Made by a program: the position numbers and the translations under genes. Under the pieces are notes generated by a model that searched no databases, was not told where the DNA came from, and saw only the letters and a program-made list of their open reading frames with translations. DNA of 34,937 nucleotides from Candidatus Acidifodinimicrobium sp. (GTDB lineage: Archaea; Nanobdellota; Nanobdellia; Parvarchaeales; Parvarchaeaceae), in NCBI GenBank assembly GCA_049967035.1, contig JBMFTM010000002.1:1-34937 (forward strand). The letters are read 5' to 3'. Of this stretch, positions 26,305 through 34,216 are shown one piece after another. Position 1 is the stretch's first letter. Each line of letters begins with the position of its first letter.

Positions 26305-27753
26305 ATGTCGTCTTTATATGAAATAAATCGCTCGATTGAGCAAATAATATCTGAAAGGCCGAATCATAGCAAGACGATTAAGGAAGCCGTGTCAAAGAAT
26401 TTCAAATTGGAGAACATCCTCCACACTTCCATAGATGCTGAAACAGAGTTTTTGTCTTTGCTAGACAACTATCAAACCGAGGACAAATATGAAGGCTATG
26501 AGATCCTTTCTCGCGTGCTCAAATCCCTAAATTACGTAAAATCCCAGCTTTCTGATAAATTCGGAGACGTTAAGACCGAGGTAGAGCATAAAAACGATGA
26601 AACTAAATTCAATTTTGTAGATGGGAAGAGATACAGATTACTAACGCTTTTAGTTTATCCTTCCTACAAGGGAGAGACTCAGGCAACATATTTCTTTAAG
26701 CCCATCTTGAAGGAACCAGAATTGGTAGTAGATATCTACAAGATCTTGAACAATGAAGTCGCCATGGATTTCGTGGAAAGCAAGATAAATAATCTAGTCA
26801 ATGAAGCCAATGCAAAAGAGGAGGGCGAGAGAGTCCATGTAGACGCCGACTCTGGCGATGGAAAGAAGGTAGTCAAGAGGACCATCGAGGAGATACTGGC
26901 TAGCCTTGGAGTTGAGGTCTACAAGGGCAATGTTGGTCTTTCTGACATCGGCGGATATCAGGAGATAAAGGACAGGGTAAAGAGGGAGATATTCGTTCCA
27001 TTTCTATACAAGGATCTGCTTGAAGCTGTGAAGAGTGCAAACAGAATGTCGATCAGCACAGACGTAGATTCCGCTCTCTTCTACGGCCCGCCAGGTACGG
27101 GCAAGACGATGATGGCCAGGGCAATCGCCAACGACGAGAAGGTGAATTTTCTGTACATGAACCTGTCAAAGATATACTCGGTTTGGTACAGCGAATCGTC
27201 TAAGAGGATGGAAGCCGCCATAGACAGCGCAGTGAGGTATTCGAACGAACACGGCAAGACTGTGCTCTTCATAGACGAGATAGACTCACTAGGCAGCAGG
27301 ACCTACACATATAGCACTGAAAGCGGGAAGGTCTTGAACACGCTGCTTACGAAGCTAAGCGGCATAAGCTCCCAAGACAACAAGAATCTACTGATAATAG
27401 GGTGCACCAATCTGCTGGATAACCTTGACCCGGCGCTTGTATCCAGGTTTAAGACGAAGATCTATTTCGGAATGCCTGACAAGTCAGACAGGCTGGATAT
27501 CATATCCAAATACGCGAAGAACCTGAGCAGGGAAGAGTTGGAAAGCCTCTCCGAAAAGACGCAAGGCTTCAGCGGGAGGGACATAGAGTCGATGGCCTCA
27601 ATAGCCGAGAGCAATTTTGCCTACGACCTTGCGAATAAGAATGTCACCGACAGCCATGGTTACAACATAAAGGTAGACTATTACATCAAAGCCGCCGAGC
27701 TCACAAAGAGAACAAAGGAAAATGATGAGAAAGCCAGGGACATGTACAGATGA
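26305..27753 (+). CDS. Single-domain AAA+ ATPase with an unassigned N-terminal region of about 215 aa
   Basis: Walker A GPPGTGKT, Walker B LFIDEIDSL, sensor-1 GCTN. The pore loop is SVWYSES and the SRH is LDPALVSRFKTKIYFGMPD. The C-terminus is ...DMYR. The ORF-track start at 26290 is a TTG, and the ATG at 26305 is preferred. Confidence 0.85.
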   Translation: MSSLYEINRSIEQIISERPNHSKTIKEAVSKNFKLENILHTSIDAETEFLSLLDNYQTEDKYEGYEILSRVLKSLNYVKSQLSDKFGDVKTEVEHKNDETKFNFVDGKRYRLLTLLVYPSYKGETQATYFFKPILKEPELVVDIYKILNNEVAMDFVESKINNLVNEANAKEEGERVHVDADSGDGKKVVKRTIEEILASLGVEVYKGNVGLSDIGGYQEIKDRVKREIFVPFLYKDLLEAVKSANRMSISTDVDSALFYGPPGTGKTMMARAIANDEKVNFLYMNLSKIYSVWYSESSKRMEAAIDSAVRYSNEHGKTVLFIDEIDSLGSRTYTYSTESGKVLNTLLTKLSGISSQDNKNLLIIGCTNLLDNLDPALVSRFKTKIYFGMPDKSDRLDIISKYAKNLSREELESLSEKTQGFSGRDIESMASIAESNFAYDLANKNVTDSHGYNIKVDYYIKAAELTKRTKENDEKARDMYR

Positions 27754-27767
27754 TTAATCCTTCCGCC

Positions 27768-28592
27768 TCAAAGAAGCCTATCCAGCGCAGACCTCTGCTC
27801 TTTCTTTTCCTCTTTTTTAGGTTCTTCCTTGCTTAGGATTATATCGAATATCCTTCTGATCTGCGGCGTCTTTAATTCCTCTTCCAGCGGCTTCATCTCC
27901 CCAAAAAGTTTATTCTCAGCAGCTTTGAGCTTCTTTGCGTCATACTCCCCTTCAGTGTATTGACTAACGCTGTTTATCTCATCTGAATAGTAGATGAGGT
28001 TCAACATCACCCTGTTTTTAGTTTTGTCGTAAGACAGCACCCCAATGTCCGGCCCGTTCTTGAACCCACCGCTTGACATCTTTGCGACGACCAGTGGCCT
28101 TTTGTTTTCAGTCCTCATCCAGTCCAAGATGACATCGTACAAAGCCTTGTTCCACGCAGTTTCATCCTCATCCTTGTCCACGTGAGGGTCAAGTGCGTAG
28201 CTGTCCTTTACTATCTCCGGCTTTATAGGCCTGTCATAGAAGAAATTTGTTATAAGAAGTCCCTTCTTCTGCTTTAGGCTGTCTATCTCGTCATTCGTGA
28301 AAAACACTATCTTCCCCTCGTATTCCAATCCCTTCTTCGTTTGGTTGTAATAAACGATGTCATTGCATTCCTTGCAGTAGTACAGGTGCCCTACCTCGCC
28401 GCTGTCTTTGATATGGTAGGTGTGGAACTTGAACATATCCTCCCTTGGGGAGATAAGTTTTTCATAGTCGAGCCTGAATTGATACCCCTGTATATAGGTA
28501 GGCACACTGTATTTGAACGGTTTTTTCTGCTGAGGTTTATAATTTTCGACTATCCTTAAAAGCGCTTCCTCAAGAGTGAGCTGTTTGTCCAT
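27768..28592 (-). CDS. Hypothetical protein, no recognisable family
   Basis: 274-aa ORF convergent with the AAA+ gene (14-nt gap). One CxxC (CKEC). Lys/Glu-rich C-terminal linker ending in ...EQRSALDRLL. Confidence 0.6.
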   Translation of the reverse strand: MDKQLTLEEALLRIVENYKPQQKKPFKYSVPTYIQGYQFRLDYEKLISPREDMFKFHTYHIKDSGEVGHLYYCKECNDIVYYNQTKKGLEYEGKIVFFTNDEIDSLKQKKGLLITNFFYDRPIKPEIVKDSYALDPHVDKDEDETAWNKALYDVILDWMRTENKRPLVVAKMSSGGFKNGPDIGVLSYDKTKNRVMLNLIYYSDEINSVSQYTEGEYDAKKLKAAENKLFGEMKPLEEELKTPQIRRIFDIILSKEEPKKEEKKEQRSALDRLL

Positions 28593-28682
28593 AATATATA
28601 CCTATGAAGGGCCATGTTTAAAAGCATTTAAATTTTTCTCCAAGCGCGAAAAGAATTTAAATAAGGATATCATCATTATGGT

Positions 28683-28961
28683 ATGGAATTTAAGGATATT
28701 GAAGAACCCTCCGAAAAGATAGTAAGGGAAGGATCGAATAACTTCATAAAGATAAACCTCACAAAAGGCAAGGAAGGCGAGAGGGAGATCACGTTCATAA
28801 GCATAAAGAAAGGATACACGGTGCAGGGCGACAGCAAGCAGGAAAGGATAAAGACCAGCCTCTCCATAAACTTTGACGAGCTGCCTCTACTTATAGATGC
28901 CCTTACAGAGTTCAAAAAGAAGCTTGAATCAAGCAGCTTCAACACCGGCTCGGATCAGTGA
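28683..28961 (+). CDS. Small PC4/p15-like putative ssDNA-binding protein
   Basis: 92 aa. FIKINLTKGKEGEREITFISIKKGY...RIKTSLSINFDELPLLIDALTEFKK follows the beta-sheet then helix order of the PC4 family (VDIREYY...KGISL..EQ...L). Assignment is by eye. Confidence 0.45.
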   Translation: MEFKDIEEPSEKIVREGSNNFIKINLTKGKEGEREITFISIKKGYTVQGDSKQERIKTSLSINFDELPLLIDALTEFKKKLESSSFNTGSDQ

Positions 28962-28983
28962 AATATACTTAAATTTTGTGTTC

Positions 28984-30846
28984 ATGGACTCGAAATATAA
29001 AGCGTTGGTAATTGTTTTGGGAGTTATTGCAGTTCTAAGCCTCTCTATCAGGCTTGTTCACGGAGAGGCCGTCAATGTCATAGGCAGTGCAAGCCTTCAT
29101 ATATTCGGTGTAGAGCAGCTGGCAAACGGCAGCATAATAGGCGTGCCAGCGGTTTTGAATGTCACGGTGACAAACGGCACTGGCCAGGTTTTCCTGGGTT
29201 CCACGCCGCTGACGCAGGTAGATACGCAGGCACAGGCGGTGATTTCTACGGATGTTGCGTGCGAATCCCTCAATCTCAACTGCGATCACTACAATTTCTA
29301 TTACTTCATAACCTCTAATTCTCCAGAGGTGGGCGGACCGAGTGCCGGAGGGGCCTTCGCTATCGCAGCCATGTCAGTTCTCACAGGCAAGCCGCTAATA
29401 AGCACAGTTGCTATGACAGGCACAGCTAATCCGGACGGCAGTATAGGAATAGTCGGGGATGTCTCCGAAAAGAGTGAGGCGGCGGCGGACATGGGGATCA
29501 AGGTATTCCTATACCCTTCCTCGGACAATGTAAGCCAGTCTGCTGTTTCGTACGATGAGGCGCAGGGAATGACGCTCATCCCGATAAATTCAATTTATCA
29601 GGCTTTCCAGTATTTCACAGGCTACAATGTATCCGTTGTTTTGAATCAAAGCATATACACCCCTATGTACAATTCTTTGATGGAGAAGACTTACAATCTT
29701 TTTGATAGCTACCAGAATTCACTTTACAGCTCGATACGAAGTTTGAATCCGAACAATTCTACCATACAGTCAATCCTCCGCCTCTACAATTCTACATATT
29801 CAACTGAGGTCAGCGATGCGAAATCAGGGAAGTACTATGTTGCGGCTTCCATGGCTGTTGAGTCATCAGTGTATCTAGTCGAAGCAGAGACTCTGGACGG
29901 TCTGCAGAATGCATCTAACCAGTCAGCATACCTGCAGTCCCTGATAAACAATCAGACAAAATCCATCTCATCTGTTTACAATTATGTAGCAAATGACCAT
30001 GTCACCAACTCCTCCAACATCGACGTGAAGCTAATCGCTATAGACAGGCTTGCACAGGCTTCGTATGCCTTGAATCAGTCGGAAACTTACCTTTCCGAGG
30101 GTGACATCCCGGATGCGGTGTACCAATACTCCTTAGCCGTCGTCAAGAAGGTATCATCAATGTATTGGGAATCTATCCTGCCGGTAGGTGTCTCAAATTT
30201 CTCGCAGTCATCATATGAAAACATAAGCCAAAGCTACCTGTACAAAGCCAGCTCATACATGCAGTACACAAATCTACTTGGCGTGAACGACCCATCCGAG
30301 GTCGGCATCATGCAGCAGTACTTCACGAAGGCAAACAACTACTTCAATGAAGGGCAGTATGTCCCCTCAATATTTGACTCGCTTGAAGCGCTAGCCACTG
30401 CGCAGATGCTTATAGAGGAGAATAGCATCACCAATGTCTCATTTCCATCGGTGGAAGGGCAGATGGCCTACTCCGCACTATATGCCATTAACAACGCAGA
30501 GAAGATCGGCGTGACCCCGTTCTTAGGGATAAGTTACTATCAGTTCGCACAAAACTTCGCAGATTCAAATCAGACTGGGAGTGAGTTTTATCTGATCCAG
30601 TACTACTCATTCTCAAGGGTTTACGCTGATTTCGAGGCCAGCCTGTCAAACACATCCCTGCCGTCAGTCAGCTTGGTAAGATCCCCGATATCGCTGCCCG
30701 TTGCGAAGTCGAGCATAGAAGCGGCGCTGATGTTTATCCTTGGGATGGCTATAGGCATTCTAGTTGGCGGGGTAATGTATGAGTACAGGCTTTACCGTAT
30801 ACTAAGAAAGATGAAGAAGCAGGCAGGCAGAAGGCGCAGGAAATAG
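28984..30846 (+). CDS. Extracytoplasmic Lon-type (S16) serine peptidase domain protein, membrane-anchored and sequon-rich
   Basis: Start moved to the in-frame ATG at 28984 (MDSKYKALVIVLGVIAVLSL..., a signal/anchor sequence), which avoids overlap with the PC4-like gene. The Lon_C domain has GGPSAGG serine and a Lys exactly 43 residues downstream (VSEKSEAA). A Ser/Tyr/Asn/Gln-rich region of about 400 aa follows, with many NxS/T sequons. It ends in a C-terminal TM helix and a polybasic tail (KKQAGRRRRK). Confidence 0.75.
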   Translation: MDSKYKALVIVLGVIAVLSLSIRLVHGEAVNVIGSASLHIFGVEQLANGSIIGVPAVLNVTVTNGTGQVFLGSTPLTQVDTQAQAVISTDVACESLNLNCDHYNFYYFITSNSPEVGGPSAGGAFAIAAMSVLTGKPLISTVAMTGTANPDGSIGIVGDVSEKSEAAADMGIKVFLYPSSDNVSQSAVSYDEAQGMTLIPINSIYQAFQYFTGYNVSVVLNQSIYTPMYNSLMEKTYNLFDSYQNSLYSSIRSLNPNNSTIQSILRLYNSTYSTEVSDAKSGKYYVAASMAVESSVYLVEAETLDGLQNASNQSAYLQSLINNQTKSISSVYNYVANDHVTNSSNIDVKLIAIDRLAQASYALNQSETYLSEGDIPDAVYQYSLAVVKKVSSMYWESILPVGVSNFSQSSYENISQSYLYKASSYMQYTNLLGVNDPSEVGIMQQYFTKANNYFNEGQYVPSIFDSLEALATAQMLIEENSITNVSFPSVEGQMAYSALYAINNAEKIGVTPFLGISYYQFAQNFADSNQTGSEFYLIQYYSFSRVYADFEASLSNTSLPSVSLVRSPISLPVAKSSIEAALMFILGMAIGILVGGVMYEYRLYRILRKMKKQAGRRRRK

Positions 30847-30876
30847 TTTTTATATCCGCGCTTCATATTAACTAAA

Positions 30877-32334
30877 ATGGCAGACCTAGACGCTAAATTG
30901 CTTTCAATATCCTTGAGCAGGGGCATATTCTTCCCATCGGCTGAGATATTCTCAAACTCTCTCAGCGGCTTCTGGGATTACGGACCTGTTGGGCTATCAA
31001 TACAGAGCAACATCCTGGCTTTGTTTAGGAAATTCCTTAAGTCTATCGGTGCGGTTGAGATATCGGGTGCGAACATACTGCCAAAGCAGGTGCTAAAGGC
31101 ATCAGGCCACGAGTCGAAGTTCTTCGATGTGGTTACAAGGTGCGGGAAATGCAATTCTATATATAGAGTGGATAAGCTGCTGGAGTCATTGGGCGTGTCT
31201 GAAAATTTAGAGGGTCTCTCCGATGAACAATACATAAATCTACTCAAGGAGAAGAAGGTGAAATGCTCCAGGTGCGGCAGCCCGCTAGAAAAAGTGGAGC
31301 ATTTCTATCTCATGTTTCCTATCTCGGCTGGAGACACCAGGGAACCTAATGCGTACCTCAGGCCAGAGGCGTGTCAATCAATTTTCCTGGACTTCAAGAG
31401 GGTCTATGAGGCGAGCGGGCAGAAGCTCCCGCTCATAATATCCCAGACAGGCAGAGCCTTCAGGAATGAAATATCAGCCAGGGAGTCACTTCTAAGGCAG
31501 AGGGAATTCCTGCAGAGCGACATAGAGATATTTTTCACGGATGAGTCTTCATTTGAAGCCGATAAGTCCGTGGAGATCAATTTCAAGGATGAGGACAGGG
31601 AAACTAAGCTTGGCGCTGACAAGGCATTGGAGATAAACCTCATAGAGAACAAGGTAACGGCGTTTGCCCTGTCTAATGTTCACAAATTCTTTACGTCCAT
31701 AGGCTTCAGTCCCGAGGCCATCAGGTTGAGAAAGCTGTACAGCGACAAGGCATTCTACTCCAGGGAGAGCTTTGACATAGAGATCAAGAAGGGGGATAAC
31801 TGGATTGAGGTTGCGTCATGTAATTACAGGGGAGACTACGACCTGTCCTCCTACAAGAAAGCCGGGGCGGATGTAGTGGAGGTTGACGGAAAGATACCAA
31901 ACATATTTGAGGTGTCTATCGGTACGGACAGGCTTATCTACCTCCTTCTCTACAATAGCCTTATGAGTGACAGTGAGAGATACTGGCTTAAGCTTAAGCC
32001 ATCTGTCGCACCATTCGTCTCTGCGGTCTTTCCACTCCTTTCCAAGAAAGAACTGGAGGACGTGGCTAGCAAGATAGTGCATTCATCGGCTTATTCCCAT
32101 GAAATGTACTATTTAGACAGCGGGAGCATAGGAAAGAGATACAGAAAGAGCGATGAGATAGGCATCCCTCTCGCATTCACTGTGGATTATCAGACGCTTG
32201 ACGACTCTACGGTGACAGTCAGAGACAGGGACACAATGAAACAGTTCAGAGTAAAGGCGTCGGACATAGACAAGGTGATATCAGAATCGATGGTCTCTGA
32301 TTTCAATTCCCTGTCGAAGAAATTCAGTACCTGA
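30877..32334 (+). CDS. glyS: Glycine--tRNA ligase (archaeal/eukaryotic alpha2 type)
   Basis: 485 aa. GIFFPSAEIF...GFWDYGPVG N-terminus, Cys-pair insertion (CGKC...CSRC), class II motifs (GRAFRNEISAR, FEVSIGTDRL), C-terminal anticodon-binding domain. Confidence 0.9.
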   Translation: MADLDAKLLSISLSRGIFFPSAEIFSNSLSGFWDYGPVGLSIQSNILALFRKFLKSIGAVEISGANILPKQVLKASGHESKFFDVVTRCGKCNSIYRVDKLLESLGVSENLEGLSDEQYINLLKEKKVKCSRCGSPLEKVEHFYLMFPISAGDTREPNAYLRPEACQSIFLDFKRVYEASGQKLPLIISQTGRAFRNEISARESLLRQREFLQSDIEIFFTDESSFEADKSVEINFKDEDRETKLGADKALEINLIENKVTAFALSNVHKFFTSIGFSPEAIRLRKLYSDKAFYSRESFDIEIKKGDNWIEVASCNYRGDYDLSSYKKAGADVVEVDGKIPNIFEVSIGTDRLIYLLLYNSLMSDSERYWLKLKPSVAPFVSAVFPLLSKKELEDVASKIVHSSAYSHEMYYLDSGSIGKRYRKSDEIGIPLAFTVDYQTLDDSTVTVRDRDTMKQFRVKASDIDKVISESMVSDFNSLSKKFST

Positions 32335-33172
32335 ACTTCGAGAGCGTAATATACATGTTGTTTATTATATCCACTGGGGAAAGCGCTTCCTTCTTTGCCT
32401 TGGCTACGACCCTGCCGGTATAGCCGTTTATGAAGGCCGCAGCGCATGCCGAATCAACCATGCTGTTTCCCTGCGCTATCAGGCTGGAAGCTATGCCTGC
32501 TAATGTGTCTCCGGTGCCTGCCTTAGTCATGTACGGGCTATTTGTCTTGTTTATGAACACTTCTTCCCCGTCTGAAACTATGTCAACATGGCCTTTAAGC
32601 AAGATGACGGTTCCGAATTCCTTCGCTTTCTCTTTCACGATCTTTACTCTTTCGTCTATGTCCCTGGTCAGTTTTGCATCGAATAAAACTTCAAACTCGT
32701 AGCTGTTCGGCGTGAGAAGAGTATCGAAATTTAGCAGGTTCTTGTCAAGCACCTTCAGGCCATCGGCGTCTATCACAAGCTTCTTCTTTACGCTCCTCTG
32801 CACCGCCTTGACAAGCTCGGACTGCTGCCTGTCCCTTCCGATTCCATTGCCTATCTCCACAGCCTTTGCCCACTGGCTTAGCCTATCTATCTCCGTCATG
32901 GCATTTGGGTCCAGGTAGTCCCTCTCGTAGGGTATTGCTATTATCTCCGGCGAGAAGTTTGCACATGCTTCTGCCGACCTTAAAGGCGCGAGTATCTTCA
33001 CGAAATCGCATCCAGATCTGAGGGCAGAGAGAGCTACAAGCGCAGGAGAGCCTGTGTACTCCCTGCCTCCCCCCACCACGAGCAGCTTTCCGTAATCTCC
33101 TTTATGCGACCAGCTGTCCCTTCTGCTGTAAACTTCTCTCAGAGTCTTCTCGTTTATCATCGTGTAATTCAT
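32324..33172 (-). CDS. nnrD: ADP/ATP-dependent NAD(P)H-hydrate dehydratase (YjeF C-terminal domain)
   Basis: 282 aa. SHKGDYGKLLVVGGGREYTGSPALVALSALRSGCD, and GTGDTLAG near the C-terminus. Confidence 0.88.
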   Translation of the reverse strand: MNYTMINEKTLREVYSRRDSWSHKGDYGKLLVVGGGREYTGSPALVALSALRSGCDFVKILAPLRSAEACANFSPEIIAIPYERDYLDPNAMTEIDRLSQWAKAVEIGNGIGRDRQQSELVKAVQRSVKKKLVIDADGLKVLDKNLLNFDTLLTPNSYEFEVLFDAKLTRDIDERVKIVKEKAKEFGTVILLKGHVDIVSDGEEVFINKTNSPYMTKAGTGDTLAGIASSLIAQGNSMVDSACAAAFINGYTGRVVAKAKKEALSPVDIINNMYITLSKFRY

Positions 33173-34158
33173 AGATTCAGCGACGAGCTGTGCCCTCCAA
33201 ACAGAGACGATTCAGGATGGACGTATTTTTTGATGTTGTTTATCGCAGTGTACGCTTCAGCCGACCCTACTGCAAGCAGATTGAACTTGGGTTCGTCAGC
33301 CACGTTTGCTATGTCTCCAGCCGCGTATATCCCCTTTATGCTTGTCTCGTATGCATGGTTGACCTTGATGTATCTCCCGCTGGTCGTAAGCGTTATGGAC
33401 TTGAAGTTATTCGGTTCTATCTTGTAGCTTATAGCCAGGATAATTGAGTCCGCTTTGAGCGTCTCTTTTCCATCCTTTCTCTCCACTTCAACAGCAGTAA
33501 CCTTCTGGCCGTCGCCTATTATCCTCGTTATGCTCGTCTCCAACTTTATCTCCACCTTGTGGGAGTCTAGAGCCTCCTTGACGCTCCTCTCCTCAGCCTT
33601 TATCACTGCGTTGTGCTGGAGTATCTTTATGCTCTTTGCGACTGGAGCCAGCTCATTCGCCCAATCGAACCCAGAGTCCCCTGCCCCCACTATTATCACA
33701 TCCTGTCCCTTGAATCTATCTATCGCATTCACCGAGTGGAACACGCCTTTGTCAGCGTACTCATCCTCACCCTCCACCCCAAGCTTGTTCGGGATGAAAG
33801 ACCCGACCCCTGAACATATCAGCACCGCTTGGCAGGTTATATTCTGTTTTCCATTGACCTCTACGGAGAAAGTCCCATCATCCAGCTGCTTTATGTCCGT
33901 GACCTTGGAATTGAATCTTATCTCGTTTCCGAACATGGTTGCCTGTTTATACATCTGCTCTGCGAGATCCTTCGCCAGTATCTTGGGTATCCCAGGCATA
34001 TCATAGACCATCTTCTCAGGGTAAAGCTCCGTTATCTGACCGCCCGGAAAGTCAAGCTCTTCAAGCGTCAGGCTCTTGATTTCTCTCAATCCAGCTGCGA
34101 ATGTCGCGAACAGCCCCGTTGGCCCTGCGCCAATTATCACAAGTTCAAAGTCAGCCAT
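33169..34158 (-). CDS. Thioredoxin-reductase-like ferredoxin--NADP(+) reductase (YumC type, no redox CxxC)
   Basis: 329 aa. FAD motif VIIGAGPTG and NADPH motif VGAGDSGFDWA. KGVFHSV replaces the TrxR GVSYCATCDG active-site disulfide. Confidence 0.8.
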   Translation of the reverse strand: MADFELVIIGAGPTGLFATFAAGLREIKSLTLEELDFPGGQITELYPEKMVYDMPGIPKILAKDLAEQMYKQATMFGNEIRFNSKVTDIKQLDDGTFSVEVNGKQNITCQAVLICSGVGSFIPNKLGVEGEDEYADKGVFHSVNAIDRFKGQDVIIVGAGDSGFDWANELAPVAKSIKILQHNAVIKAEERSVKEALDSHKVEIKLETSITRIIGDGQKVTAVEVERKDGKETLKADSIILAISYKIEPNNFKSITLTTSGRYIKVNHAYETSIKGIYAAGDIANVADEPKFNLLAVGSAEAYTAINNIKKYVHPESSLFGGHSSSLNL

Positions 34159-34216
34159 TTATCTTTATAGCTTTTGCTCTCTTAAATAATTTCTTAGAAT
34201 AACTGCTTCCCGGCCC

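Noticed and set aside
28897-28983. A 29-codon N-terminal extension of the Lon-like surface protein, as given in the ORF track.
   Set aside because: The extension overlaps the PC4-like ORF in another frame and has no signal-peptide character. The in-frame ATG at 28984 starts directly with a basic residue plus a hydrophobic signal/anchor sequence.
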